Assembly (NCBI GenBank): GCA_040255825.1
Contig: JBDZVS010000001.1
Span: 2,867-66,866, forward strand
DNA from: Hyphomicrobiales bacterium
GTDB lineage: Bacteria > Pseudomonadota > Alphaproteobacteria > Micropepsales > Micropepsaceae
Direction: 5' to 3'
Length of the DNA: 64,000 nt
The translations under genes and the position numbers were made by a program. The notes beneath the pieces were generated by a model, which was not told the origin of the DNA, ran no database searches, and was given only the letters and a program-made list of their open reading frames with translations. Shown here in pieces: positions 1 through 16,329 of this stretch. The first letter of the stretch is position 1, and the number at the start of each line of letters is the position of its first letter.

Positions 1-177
1 GGGCCCGCCATCGCCCTGACCTGGCTGGCCAACGAGCTTTCCCGCCACGGCGTGACGCTGAAGCGGGATGAGGTCGTCACCACCGGGACCTGCATCAAGC
101 CGCTGGCGATCGCGCCCGGCAATCATGTCGCCGGAGATTTCGGCGTGCTGGGCCGGGTTTCACTGTACATCAGTTGA
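1..177 (+). CDS. 3' end of 2-keto-4-pentenoate hydratase / FAH-family protein (partial, begins before window)
   Basis: Frame 1 reads GPAIALTWLANELSRHGVTLKRDEVVTTGTCIKPLAIAPGNHVAGDFGVLGRVSLYIS*, the typical MhpD-like C-terminus (xxWLAN...VVTTGT...DFGxLG). The ORF track misses it because it has no start. Confidence 0.75.
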   Translation, partial: GPAIALTWLANELSRHGVTLKRDEVVTTGTCIKPLAIAPGNHVAGDFGVLGRVSLYIS

Positions 178-1765
178 AAGCCGAAAGGCGTATACCCAGC
201 GGCGCCAGCCCGTCCGGCGTCGCGCCGCGCGCATACAGGATGCGGTCGCCATTCCTCGCGACTTTTACCGCTCTGTTTCCCAGATTGAACAGGCAGCGGA
301 CACGCTGCTTGCCGAGTATGCGCTCGAATCCCAGAAGCGGTGCTTTGAGCGCAAGCGGCACGAAATCGCCTTGCCGCAGGGCCGGCGTATCACGCCTGAG
401 GGCTATCAGGCGCCGCGCCGCCGCCAGCACGGAATCGGGGTCGGCATTCTGGACCGACACCGCGCGCTGGGCATGGTTCTGTGGAATCGGCAGCCAGGGT
501 TCAGCCGCCGAGAAACCGGCATTCGGCTGGCGGTCGTCCCACGGCATCGGCGTGCGCGCGCCATCGCGGCCCTGTGTCAGCGGCCAGTTGGCGATGGCTT
601 CCGGATCGCGCAACTTCTCGAACGGAATCTGGGCCTGGGCCAGCCCCAGTTCCTCTCCCTGATAAAGGAAAACATTGCCGCGCAGGCTCATCAGCAGCGC
701 GAGCAGCAGGCGGGCCCAATCGTCCTGACGGGAAAGATCGCCCCAGCGGCTGACCACGCGCGGCGCATCATGATTGGAAAAGGCCCAGCTCGGCCAGCCT
801 TCGCCCGTTTCGTGTTTCCATTGGCCCAATGTCTTCAGAATCAATGCCGGCGTCAGCTTGTCCGTAAACAGGAAATCGAATCCATAGGATGTGTGCAGGC
901 GGTCGTTGCCGGCGGTAAACGCCTTCATCTCCTTCAACGCCTGCTCGCCGCCGACTTCCGCGACGGTGAAGCGGTCCTCACCGAAATCGCGGACCACCCG
1001 CGCCAGCTTTTCGATGAATCCGACCAGCGCGGGCTGCGACTGGTTGTGAAGGTGATGTTGAAAGTCAAAAGGCCGCCTCCGCGCCCAGCGCTTCTTGCGG
1101 ACCGGCGGATTGTCGGTCAGCAACGGGTCGTGCATGGCGAAGTTGATGGCGTCCAGCCGGAAGCCGTCCACCCCCCGATCCAGCCAGAACCGTGCCGTGT
1201 CGAACAGCGCCTGCTGCACGGCGGGATTGTGCACATTCAGATTGGGCTGGGAGGGCAGGAAATTATGCAGATAGTATTGTCCCCGCCGTCCGTCCCACGA
1301 CCAGGAGGAGCCGTAGAAAACCGAAAGCCAGTTGTTGGGCGGCGTACCGTCGTCTTTCGGATCGGCCCATACATACCAGTCGGACTTTGCGCCATCGCGT
1401 GACGCCCGGCTTTCACGGAACCAGTCGTGCTGGTCGGAGGTATGTGCATAAACCTGATCGATGATGACTTTCAGCCCCAGCGCATGCGCCCGCTCCAGAA
1501 GAGCGTCGAAATCCGCCAGCGTGCCGAAGAGGGGATCGACCGCCAGATAGTCGGACACGTCATAGCCGAAATCCTTCATCGGAGAGGCAAAGAACGGCGA
1601 CAACCAGATGGCATCGACCCCCAGAGAAGCGACATGGTCCAGCCTGGCGGTTATTCCCGCCAGGTCGCCGACTCCATCGTTGTTGCTGTCGGCGAAACTG
1701 CGCGGATAGATCTGGTAAATAACGGCGCCGCGCCACCAGGGCGTGGGATCGGGCTTCAGGGCCAT
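170..1765 (-). CDS. GH13 alpha-glucosidase (AglA-like)
   Basis: WWRGAVIYQIYPRSFADSN, GYDVSDY, GFRLDAIN (nucleophile Asp), VAEVG and SNHD are conserved GH13 regions. Start taken at MALKPDP (1765). Confidence 0.9.
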   Translation of the reverse strand: MALKPDPTPWWRGAVIYQIYPRSFADSNNDGVGDLAGITARLDHVASLGVDAIWLSPFFASPMKDFGYDVSDYLAVDPLFGTLADFDALLERAHALGLKVIIDQVYAHTSDQHDWFRESRASRDGAKSDWYVWADPKDDGTPPNNWLSVFYGSSWSWDGRRGQYYLHNFLPSQPNLNVHNPAVQQALFDTARFWLDRGVDGFRLDAINFAMHDPLLTDNPPVRKKRWARRRPFDFQHHLHNQSQPALVGFIEKLARVVRDFGEDRFTVAEVGGEQALKEMKAFTAGNDRLHTSYGFDFLFTDKLTPALILKTLGQWKHETGEGWPSWAFSNHDAPRVVSRWGDLSRQDDWARLLLALLMSLRGNVFLYQGEELGLAQAQIPFEKLRDPEAIANWPLTQGRDGARTPMPWDDRQPNAGFSAAEPWLPIPQNHAQRAVSVQNADPDSVLAAARRLIALRRDTPALRQGDFVPLALKAPLLGFERILGKQRVRCLFNLGNRAVKVARNGDRILYARGATPDGLAPLGIRLSAFN

Positions 1766-1901
1766 GGCGCCGGTGTACCCGTATCTGGCCAATTCGACAG
1801 GTGCAAAAGCCTCATAGCTTGCCCAATGGCATTGGACTAAGCTTGCCAAACCGAGCCGGCCTTTGCAAATCCATCACCCGCAAATCCATCCCAGGCATGT
1901 C

Positions 1902-4322
1902 ATGAATCCCCCCGCCGACCTTCCTCCCCTGCGGCCTTTCGCGGAGCGCCTCATAGACAATCTTTTGCACCGGTTGGGAAAGGACGAGCACGCCGCCAAA
2001 CCCTATGACTGGCTGGCCGCCACCATCCTGACCGTGCGCGAGGAGGTGATCGACCGCTGGATCAGCTCCACGCGCGCCATGCATACGGCCGGCGCCAAGC
2101 GCGTCTATTATCTCAGCCTGGAGTTCCTGATCGGGCGGTTGCTGCGCGACGCGCTGTCGAACCTCGGCCTCTCGGACCAGGCGCGCACCGCGCTGGCCGG
2201 TTATGGCGTCGAACTGGACGATATCGAGGAACTGGAGCCGGATGCGGCGCTGGGCAATGGCGGCCTGGGCCGTCTGGCCGCCTGCTTCATGGAAAGCCTG
2301 GCTTCGCTGGACCTGCCCGCCACGGGCTATGGCATCCGTTACATCAACGGCATGTTCCGCCAGCGCATCAAGGATGGCTGGCAGCTGGAGTATCCGGAAA
2401 CCTGGCTGGCTCATGGCAATTCCTGGGAATTCGAGCGGCGGGAAACCGCCTACCTGATCGGATTCGGCGGCGAGGTCGTCGGCAGCGAGACGGGAACCTC
2501 CCATTGGCAGCCGGCCGAGGCGGTGCGCGCGGAAGCCATCGACACGCCTGTAGTCGGTTGGCATGGACGACGGGTGAACACGCTCAGGCTCTGGAATGCC
2601 CGGGCGCTGGATCCGATCCGCCTGGATGCCTTCAACGCTGGCGATCATATCGGCGCCCTGGCGGGGGAAGCGCGCGCCGAAAGCCTGGTACGGGTGCTTT
2701 ATCCTGCGGATTCAACGCCGGCCGGCCAGGAACTGCGCCTCCGGCAGGAATATTTTTTCTCCAGCGCCTCGATCCAGGACATCGTGCGCCGCCATATGCA
2801 GTATTTCGGAGACATTCGCACCTTGCCGCAGAAGGCCGCGATCCAGCTCAACGACACCCATCCGGCCGTGGCGGTGGCCGAGATGATGCGCCTTCTGATC
2901 GATCACCATCGGCTCACTTTCGCCGAGAGTTGGGACATCACCCGCGCCACCTTCGGCTATACCAACCACACGCTGCTGCCTGAGGCGCTGGAAAGCTGGC
3001 CTTTGCCTCTGTTCGAGCGGCTGCTGCCGCGCCATATGCAACTTGTCTACGCCATCAACGGTGAACTGCTGCGCAAGGCGCGCAAGGCGGGAATGGACAA
3101 TGGCGCGGTGGCCGCCATCTCGCTGATCGACGAAGGGGGCGAGCGGCGGGTGCGGATGGCGAACCTGGCCTTTGCGGGATCCCATAGCGTCAACGGCGTG
3201 GCTGCGTTGCACACCCAACTGATGAAGCAGACGGTCTTCGCCGACCTGCACAAGCTGTTCCCCGACCGCATCAACAACAAGACCAACGGCATCACCCCGC
3301 GCCGCTGGCTGGGCGAATGCAATCCCGGCCTGACCGGCCTGATCCGCGAGGCGATCGGCGACGGTTTCCTGGACGACGCCGAAAAGCTGTCCGATCTGGC
3401 GAAATTCGCAGGCGATGCGACCTTCCAGGAAAAATTCGCCGCCATCCGCCACGCCAACAAGGTGGCCTTAGCCGCCTACATGAAAGAACAGTTGGGCCTG
3501 GTGGTCGACCCCAGCGCGATGTTCGATGTCCAGGTCAAGCGCATCCACGAATACAAGCGGCAGCTTCTCAACATCGTCGAGACCGTGGCGCTATACGACC
3601 AGATCCGCAGCCACCCCGACCGGGACTGGTCTCCCCGCGTCAAGCTGTTCGGCGGCAAGGCCGCGCCCACCTATCACAACGCCAAGATGATCATCAAACT
3701 GACCAACGACGTCGCGCGGCGGGTCAATTCCGATCCATCCGTGGCCGGTCTTCTGAAGATCGCCTTTCTTCCAAATTACAATGTCTCGCTGGCCGAGAAG
3801 ATCATGCCGGCCGCCGACCTGTCCGAGCAGATATCCACCGCCGGCATGGAAGCGTCCGGCACGGGAAACATGAAGTTCATGCTCAACGGCGCCCTGACCA
3901 TCGGCACGCTGGACGGGGCCAATATCGAGATAATGGAGCGCGTGGGGCGGGACAATATCGTAATCTTCGGCCTCACCGCCGATGAGGTCGCCAGTCGCCG
4001 CGCCGACGGCTACAACCCCCGTGCCACCATCGAGGGTTCGCGTGAGCTGTCGCAGGCCCTGGCCGCCATCGCCTCCGGCGTTTTTTCTCCCGACGATCCG
4101 AACCGCTATGACGCCCTCATCGGCGGCATCTATGAGCATGACTGGTTCATGGTCGCGGCCGACTTCGACGCCTACGCCGCCGCCCAGCGCCAGATCGACC
4201 GGCGCTGGAACGACAAGCCGGCCTGGCGCACCGCAGCGATCAACAATGTTGCACGCGCCGGATGGTTCTCGTCCGACCGCACCATCCGGGAATATGCAAA
4301 GGACATCTGGAGCCTGATATGA
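1902..4322 (+). CDS. glgP: glycogen/starch phosphorylase
   Basis: YYLSLEFLIGR, LGNGGLGRLAACF, QLNDTHP, QVKRIHEYKRQ and the PLP-lysine motif EASGTGNMKF. First gene of the glg operon. Confidence 0.96.
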   Translation: MNPPADLPPLRPFAERLIDNLLHRLGKDEHAAKPYDWLAATILTVREEVIDRWISSTRAMHTAGAKRVYYLSLEFLIGRLLRDALSNLGLSDQARTALAGYGVELDDIEELEPDAALGNGGLGRLAACFMESLASLDLPATGYGIRYINGMFRQRIKDGWQLEYPETWLAHGNSWEFERRETAYLIGFGGEVVGSETGTSHWQPAEAVRAEAIDTPVVGWHGRRVNTLRLWNARALDPIRLDAFNAGDHIGALAGEARAESLVRVLYPADSTPAGQELRLRQEYFFSSASIQDIVRRHMQYFGDIRTLPQKAAIQLNDTHPAVAVAEMMRLLIDHHRLTFAESWDITRATFGYTNHTLLPEALESWPLPLFERLLPRHMQLVYAINGELLRKARKAGMDNGAVAAISLIDEGGERRVRMANLAFAGSHSVNGVAALHTQLMKQTVFADLHKLFPDRINNKTNGITPRRWLGECNPGLTGLIREAIGDGFLDDAEKLSDLAKFAGDATFQEKFAAIRHANKVALAAYMKEQLGLVVDPSAMFDVQVKRIHEYKRQLLNIVETVALYDQIRSHPDRDWSPRVKLFGGKAAPTYHNAKMIIKLTNDVARRVNSDPSVAGLLKIAFLPNYNVSLAEKIMPAADLSEQISTAGMEASGTGNMKFMLNGALTIGTLDGANIEIMERVGRDNIVIFGLTADEVASRRADGYNPRATIEGSRELSQALAAIASGVFSPDDPNRYDALIGGIYEHDWFMVAADFDAYAAAQRQIDRRWNDKPAWRTAAINNVARAGWFSSDRTIREYAKDIWSLI

Positions 4323-6472
4323 AGCCTCCGCGGCAGGCGGTCGAGGCTCTTCTGCAGGGCCGCCACGCCGATCCCTTTTCCCTCCTTGGCACCCATGCCG
4401 GGCCCCAAGGAACCTTTGCCAGGGCGCTGATCCCCGGGGCCGAGCGGGCGCAGGCACATGATCTTTCCGGGAAACTCCTGGGCGATCTCAAGCTGGTCGA
4501 CGGCCGCGGTCTGTTCGAGGGCACCATTGAGGGCAGGCCGCAGCCGGTGAAATATCGCGCCCAGGGCTACGGGGCCGAATGGTGGATAACCGATCCCTAC
4601 AGCTTCGGGCCGGTCCTGGGGCCCATCGACGATGTTTTGATGGGCGAGGGCACCCATCTGCGTCTTTACGACAAGATGGGCGCTCATCCGATCGAACATG
4701 AAGGCGCCCGCGGCGTGCATTTCGCCGTCTGGGCGCCGAACGCGCGGCGCGTCTCGGTGGTGGGCGACTTCAACGACTGGGACGGCAGGCGCCATGTGAT
4801 GCGCCGGCGCGCCGATGTGGGCGTGTGGGAAATTTTCATTCCCGATATCGCCGAATATCGCGCCTATAAGTTCGAGATCATCGGCGCGGACGGCGCGCTC
4901 CTGCCCCTGAAGGCCGATCCTTTCGCCTTTGCCAGCGAGATCCGGCCCAGAACGGCCTCGCTTATCGCGCCCCGGCCTGCCCATGCCTGGCAGGACGACG
5001 CCCACCGTGCCCACTGGGCCGGCGCTGATCCGCGCCGCCAGCCCGTCAGCATCTATGAGGTCCACGCAGGGTCCTGGCAACGCGACGCCAATGGCTGGTA
5101 CCTGACGTGGGACGCGCTTGCCGAGCGGCTGATCCCGTATGTGGCGGACATGGGCTTCACCCATATCGAGTTCCTGCCCATCAGCGAGCATCCTTACGAT
5201 CCAAGCTGGGGCTATCAGACCACGGGTCTCTATTGCCCGAGCGCGCGCTTCGGCGATGTGGACGGGCTGGCCCGTTTCGTCGACGGCGCCCACAAGGCCG
5301 GCATCGGCGTCCTGGTGGATTGGGTGCCGGCCCATTTTCCCACCGATCCGCATGGCCTGATCCGGTTCGACGGCACCGCCCTCTACGAGCATGAAGACCC
5401 GCGCCTGGGCTACCATCCCGACTGGAACACCGCGATCTATAATTTCGGGCGCCGGGAAGTGTCATCCTTCCTGATCAACAACGCGCTGTTCTGGGCCGAG
5501 CGCTATCACATAGACGGTCTTCGGGTGGATGCGGTGGCCTCCATGCTCTATCGCGACTATTCCCGGCGCGAGGGAGAATGGATACCCAACCGCGAGGGCG
5601 GACGGGAGAACTGGGAGGCGGTGCGCTTCCTCCAGGCCATGAACAAGGCTGTCTATGGCGCCCATCCGGGCTTTTTCACGGTGGCGGAGGAATCCACCTC
5701 CTGGCCCGGCGTTTCCCGGCCGGCCCATGAAGGTGGGTTGGGTTTCGGCTTCAAATGGAACATGGGCTTCATGCACGATACCTTGCGGTATATGGCCCGC
5801 GAGCCCATCCACCGCGCCCACCACCATGAAGACATCACCTTCGGTCTGCTTTATGCCTTCAGCGAGAATTTCGTCCTGCCGCTGAGCCATGACGAAGTGG
5901 TTCACGGCAAGGGCTCGCTCCTGTCCAAGATGTCGGGCGACGACTGGCAGAAATTCGCCAATCTGCGCGCCTATTACACATTGATGTGGGGTTATCCGGG
6001 CAAGAAGCTGCTGTTCATGGGCCAGGAATTCGCGCAGCGGCGCGAATGGCGCCAATCCCACCCCCTGGACTGGGAACTGTTGCGGGCCCCTATGCATGCG
6101 GGCATCCAGCGGCTAGTCCGCGATCTCAACCGGGTTTACCGCCAGACCCCGGCCCTGCACGCCCGGGACTGCGAGGCGGAAGGATTCCAATGGGCGGTTG
6201 TCGATGACAAAGCCAATTCCGTGTTCGCCTGGATACGCCGGGCGCCGGCGGCGCCGCCGGTGGCGGTCATTGCGAATATGACCCCGGTGGTGCGCGAAAA
6301 TTATCATATCCCCTTGCCGGAAAGCGGGCGTTGGCGTGAAATCATCAACAGCGATGCCGGCGTTTATGGCGGCAGTGGCAAGGGCAATCTGGGAGAGGTG
6401 CAAGCCTCTGACGGCAGAGCGTCCCTGACGCTTCCGCCGCTGGCGACCCTGATGCTGGAGTATGTGGGATAG
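4319..6472 (+). CDS. glgB: 1,4-alpha-glucan branching enzyme
   Basis: SIYEVHAGSW, SWGYQ, DWVPAHFP, IDGLRVDAVASMLY, AEESTSWPG and LSHDEVVHGK. ATG overlaps the glgP stop (ATGA). Confidence 0.96.
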   Translation: MKPPRQAVEALLQGRHADPFSLLGTHAGPQGTFARALIPGAERAQAHDLSGKLLGDLKLVDGRGLFEGTIEGRPQPVKYRAQGYGAEWWITDPYSFGPVLGPIDDVLMGEGTHLRLYDKMGAHPIEHEGARGVHFAVWAPNARRVSVVGDFNDWDGRRHVMRRRADVGVWEIFIPDIAEYRAYKFEIIGADGALLPLKADPFAFASEIRPRTASLIAPRPAHAWQDDAHRAHWAGADPRRQPVSIYEVHAGSWQRDANGWYLTWDALAERLIPYVADMGFTHIEFLPISEHPYDPSWGYQTTGLYCPSARFGDVDGLARFVDGAHKAGIGVLVDWVPAHFPTDPHGLIRFDGTALYEHEDPRLGYHPDWNTAIYNFGRREVSSFLINNALFWAERYHIDGLRVDAVASMLYRDYSRREGEWIPNREGGRENWEAVRFLQAMNKAVYGAHPGFFTVAEESTSWPGVSRPAHEGGLGFGFKWNMGFMHDTLRYMAREPIHRAHHHEDITFGLLYAFSENFVLPLSHDEVVHGKGSLLSKMSGDDWQKFANLRAYYTLMWGYPGKKLLFMGQEFAQRREWRQSHPLDWELLRAPMHAGIQRLVRDLNRVYRQTPALHARDCEAEGFQWAVVDDKANSVFAWIRRAPAAPPVAVIANMTPVVRENYHIPLPESGRWREIINSDAGVYGGSGKGNLGEVQASDGRASLTLPPLATLMLEYVG

Positions 6473-6502
6473 CGGGGACCCAGCCCCCGGTGGAGGACGG
6501 CG

Positions 6503-12721
<6,219 letters not shown>

Positions 12722-12733
12722 CCTGAGGCGGCA

Positions 12734-14239
12734 ATGATGGCGTCTGGCGGCGCATGGAATGGGGAAGTGCAGGCAGTGACCAGGATGATTGCGGGCGTGG
12801 GGCCGAAATTCCCGCAGGTCGTCGTGCTGGTGGGGGCAACGGGCGACCTGTCCAAGCGCAAATTGCTCCCGGGCCTCTATCATCTGACCGGGGCGGGTTT
12901 CATTCCCGGCTATCGCGTCATCGGCGTATCGCTGGACGACATCACGCCCGATGCTTTTCGCGCCCAGGCCCGGCAGGCGCTGGACCAGTTCTCCACCCGC
13001 AAGCTGGACGAGGAACGCTGGAGCGCTTTCGCAGGCGCGCTGGACTATGTGCCGCTGACCGCCGGCCCCGGCGCCCTGCGCGCGGCGGTGGAACGGGCCG
13101 AAGCCGACCTTGGGCCCGGCGCCGAGCGCCTGCATTACCTGTCGGTGCCGCCCGGCGCGGCACTGTCCGCCGTGAAGATGCTCGCCGATGCCGGGCTGGT
13201 CGAGCATTCGCGCATCATCATGGAAAAACCCTTCGGCACCGATCTGGCCAGCGCGGTGTCGCTGAACGCGCGCCTGCACGAGGTCTTTTCGGAAGACCAG
13301 ATATTCCGCATCGACCATTTTCTGGGCAAGGAGCCGGCGCAGAACATCCTGGCGTTCCGCTTCGCCAACGGGCTTTTCGAGCCGATCTGGAACCGCAACT
13401 TCATCAACCATGTGCAGATCGACGTGCCAGAAACGCTGGGCCTGGACAAGCGCGCACCGTTCTACGAACAGACCGGCGCCTATCGCGACATGGTGGTGAC
13501 CCACCTGTTCCAGATCCTGGGTTTCATGGCGATGGAGCCGCCCACCGCGCTCGAGCCCGAGCCGATCAGCGAAGAGAAGAACAAGGTGTTCCGCTCCATG
13601 CTGCCGATCGATCCGGCTTTCGTGGTGCGCGGCCAGTATATCGGATACCGCCGCGAGGATGGCGTGGACCCGGAATCGGATACTGAGACCTTTATCGCCC
13701 TGCGCTGCATGATAGACAATTGGCGCTGGGCCGGCGTGCCCTTCTTCCTGCGCACCGGCAAGCGCATGGCGGAAGGCCAGCGCATCATCTCCATCGCCTT
13801 CCGCGAGCCGCCCAAGAGCATGTTTCCCCCCGGCTCCGGCGTTGGCGCACAGGGCCCCGACCATCTGACTTTCGACCTGGCCGATGCGGCCAAGATTTCA
13901 CTGTCCTTCTATGGCAAGCGGCCCGGCCCCGGAATCCGGCTCGACAAGCTGTCGCTGCAATTCGCCATGCACGATACCGGCATGATCGGCGAGGTGCTGG
14001 AAGCGTATGAGCGGCTGATCCTGGATGCGATGCGCGGCGACCATACCCTGTTCACTACGGCCGAAGGCATCGAGCGGTTGTGGGAGGTCTCGCGGCCGTT
14101 GCTGGAGAACCCGCCGCCGGTGCGGCTTTACGAGCCCGGCTCCTGGGGCCCCAAATCGATTCACCAGCTTGTGGCTCCCCACGCCTGGCGCCTGCCGTTC
14201 GAACGGGCCTGGCGCAACCCCAATCCGGCGGGGGCCTGA
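12734..14239 (+). CDS. zwf: glucose-6-phosphate 1-dehydrogenase (start may be slightly downstream)
   Basis: VGATGDLSKRKLLP, IMEKPFG, RIDHFLGKE, RDMVVTHL, WAGVPFFLRTGKRM and AYERLI. Confidence 0.92.
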   Translation: MMASGGAWNGEVQAVTRMIAGVGPKFPQVVVLVGATGDLSKRKLLPGLYHLTGAGFIPGYRVIGVSLDDITPDAFRAQARQALDQFSTRKLDEERWSAFAGALDYVPLTAGPGALRAAVERAEADLGPGAERLHYLSVPPGAALSAVKMLADAGLVEHSRIIMEKPFGTDLASAVSLNARLHEVFSEDQIFRIDHFLGKEPAQNILAFRFANGLFEPIWNRNFINHVQIDVPETLGLDKRAPFYEQTGAYRDMVVTHLFQILGFMAMEPPTALEPEPISEEKNKVFRSMLPIDPAFVVRGQYIGYRREDGVDPESDTETFIALRCMIDNWRWAGVPFFLRTGKRMAEGQRIISIAFREPPKSMFPPGSGVGAQGPDHLTFDLADAAKISLSFYGKRPGPGIRLDKLSLQFAMHDTGMIGEVLEAYERLILDAMRGDHTLFTTAEGIERLWEVSRPLLENPPPVRLYEPGSWGPKSIHQLVAPHAWRLPFERAWRNPNPAGA

Positions 14240-14338
14240 GGATTCGAATCCGGGCGGCGGCGGCCCGGCCTGCGGATCGCCTGAAGCTACCCGTGCGCCC
14301 CCGCCATCAACTGGGCCTGTCTTTTTGCCCCGGTTTTG

Positions 14339-14442
14339 CTAGAGCGCGATCCAAGAACCGCAAAGCGGTTCGCAGGGAATTGCGCGACAAAACAAAAACC
14401 TAGAGCAAATCTCCGATTCAATTTGATCGAATTTTGCTCTAG
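14339..14442. repeat. RIME-like composite palindromic element
   Basis: CTAGAGC-GCGAT..GAACCGC-AAA-GCGGTTC..ATTGCGC-..AAACAAAAAC followed by CTAGAGCAAA...TTTGCTCTAG (14400-14442). The architecture resembles rhizobial intergenic mosaic elements. Confidence 0.6.
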
Positions 14443-14463
14443 GACTGTGGACGGGGAGAGAAT

Positions 14464-15519
14464 ATGGCACGCAAGGCAAGCCGCCGCGGCAGCAGCGGCG
14501 TGACAATCCATGATGTGGCGCGGCATGCGGGGGTTTCGCCCATGACCGTCTCGCGCGTCATCAATGCGGGAGGAAACGTGCGCGAGAGCACGCGCGCCAA
14601 GGTCACCGCCGCGATCAAGGCGTTGCACTACGCGCCCAATCCCGCGGCGCGCACGCTGGCGGGGGCCGAATCCGTCCATATCGGCCTGCTCTATTCCAAC
14701 CCCAGCGCCGCCTATCTCAGCGAATTCCTGCTGGGCAGTCTGGCGCAGTCCAGCCTGTCCGGCTGCCAGCTGGTGGTGGAGCAGTGCAAGGAGACCGAAT
14801 ACGAGGCGATCGGTCGTCTTGCCGCCGGTGGGGCACATGGCGTGGTGCTGCCGCCGCCTCTTTGCGATTCCAGAGGGGCACTGGAGGCGGTAGCCAGGGC
14901 CGGCATTCCTGCGGTGCTGGTGGCGTCCGGGCGCCCCGACGCGGCTTTCAGTGCGGTCTCCATCAACGATTTCGAAGCCGCCCGCGCCATGACCCGGCAC
15001 CTGCTCGGCCTTGGCCACCGGCGGATCGCGTTCATCAACGGTCATCCCAACCAGACCGCCAGCGGGCAGCGCTTCCGCGGCTTTGTCGAAGGCATGACCG
15101 AGGCCGGCCTGTCGGTGGATACCCACCAGATGGCGCAAGGCTATTTCACCTATCGCTCCGGCTTGGAGGCCGCGGAAAAGCTGCTTACGGGCAGTTTCAA
15201 GCCGACCGCCATCTTCGCAAGCAACGACGATATGGCTGCCGCGGTGATGGCGGTGGCCCACAGGAAGGGCATGGATGTCCCTGCCGATCTGGCGGTGGCC
15301 GGGTTCGACGATACTCCTTTGGCGTCCGCGGTCTGGCCGGCCCTGACCACGGTGCGCCAACCCATCGCCGCCATGGCCCGGGAGGCGGTCGTCCTTTTGC
15401 TGGAACAGATACGGGCCCGCCGGACCGGCCGCCAGCCTCAGGTCAGCCACAAGCAGCTCAAATACGCCATGGTGGAACGGGAATCGACCGGGGCGCCCAA
15501 ACTGCCCCGCAAGGCTTGA
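14464..15519 (+). CDS. LacI-family transcriptional regulator (probable XylR)
   Basis: VTIHDVARHAGVSPMTVSRVIN helix-turn-helix, YAPNPAARTL hinge, and a sugar-binding domain with PTAIFASND and LTTVRQP. Lies directly upstream of xylB. Confidence 0.9.
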   Translation: MARKASRRGSSGVTIHDVARHAGVSPMTVSRVINAGGNVRESTRAKVTAAIKALHYAPNPAARTLAGAESVHIGLLYSNPSAAYLSEFLLGSLAQSSLSGCQLVVEQCKETEYEAIGRLAAGGAHGVVLPPPLCDSRGALEAVARAGIPAVLVASGRPDAAFSAVSINDFEAARAMTRHLLGLGHRRIAFINGHPNQTASGQRFRGFVEGMTEAGLSVDTHQMAQGYFTYRSGLEAAEKLLTGSFKPTAIFASNDDMAAAVMAVAHRKGMDVPADLAVAGFDDTPLASAVWPALTTVRQPIAAMAREAVVLLLEQIRARRTGRQPQVSHKQLKYAMVERESTGAPKLPRKA

Positions 15520-15553
15520 CAGCACCCTCGCCCTGCTATTGTTAGCGCAACCA
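15516..15553 (+). promoter_or_regulatory. sigma70-like promoter with XylR-type LacI operator
   Basis: TTGACA (15516-15521), then TATTGT (15537-15542; short 15-nt spacer) overlapping TGTTAGCGCAACCA (15540-15553). This matches the Caulobacter XylR operator TGTTAGCGCTACCA at 13 of 14 positions. Confidence 0.75.
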
Positions 15554-15582
15554 TCGATACCGACTTTGGGCGGAATCCCGGC

Positions 15583-16329
15583 GTGCCGTCAGCCATCTAC
15601 CCCAGCCTCAAGGGCAAGCACGTCGTCGTGACCGGCGGCGGCTCCGGCATTGGCGCCGGCCTGGTCGAGGCCTTCGCCCGCCAGAACGCCCGGGTTTTGT
15701 TCGTCGACATCTTGCAGGCGGAAAGCGCCGCGCTGGCCGCCCGGCTGCAGGCCGAAGGGGCCGATGTCCGGTTCGAACGGCTGGATCTTACCGACCTGAA
15801 GGCGTTGGAAGCCTTTTTCGCGAAGGCCGGTCCGGTCGATGTGCTGGTCAACAATGCCGGCAACGACGATCGCCACAATCTGGAGGACATCACACCCGAA
15901 TACTGGGATGATCGCATGGCGGTGAACCTGCGGCACATGCTTTTCGCGGCGCGCGCCGTGGCGGCGGGCATGAAGGCGAGGGGCGGCGGCGTCATCATCA
16001 ATTTCGGCTCCATTTCCTGGCACCTGGGACTTGCCGGTCTGACGCTGTACGAGACGGCCAAGGCGGGGGTCGAAGGCATGACCAAGGCGCTCGCCCGCGA
16101 GTGGGGCGCCGACAATATCCGCGTCAACTGCGTGGTGCCCGGCAATGTGAAGACCCCGCGCCAGATGAAATGGTACACGCCGCAAGGCGAGGCCGAGATA
16201 CTGGCCCAGCAATGCCTGAAGCAGCGCATCCTGCCGGGCCATGTCGCGGCGCTGGTGCTGTTCCTGGCGTCCGACGACGCGGCCATGTGCACCGGCCATC
16301 CCTTCTGGATCGACGCGGGATGGGCTTGA
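15583..16329 (+). CDS. xylB: NAD-dependent D-xylose 1-dehydrogenase (SDR, Caulobacter XylB type)
   Basis: SAIYPSLKGK..VVTGGGSGIG, VNNAGNDDRH, VNLRHMLF, NFGSISWHLGL..YETAKAG and VVPGNVKTPRQ closely recall Caulobacter XylB. Confidence 0.88.
   Translation: MPSAIYPSLKGKHVVVTGGGSGIGAGLVEAFARQNARVLFVDILQAESAALAARLQAEGADVRFERLDLTDLKALEAFFAKAGPVDVLVNNAGNDDRHNLEDITPEYWDDRMAVNLRHMLFAARAVAAGMKARGGGVIINFGSISWHLGLAGLTLYETAKAGVEGMTKALAREWGADNIRVNCVVPGNVKTPRQMKWYTPQGEAEILAQQCLKQRILPGHVAALVLFLASDDAAMCTGHPFWIDAGWA

Noticed and set aside
13300-13335. Zwf DHFLGKE instead of DHYLGKE as a sign of inactivation
   Set aside because: The Tyr-to-Phe variant occurs in other G6PDH subfamilies, and the remaining motifs are intact.
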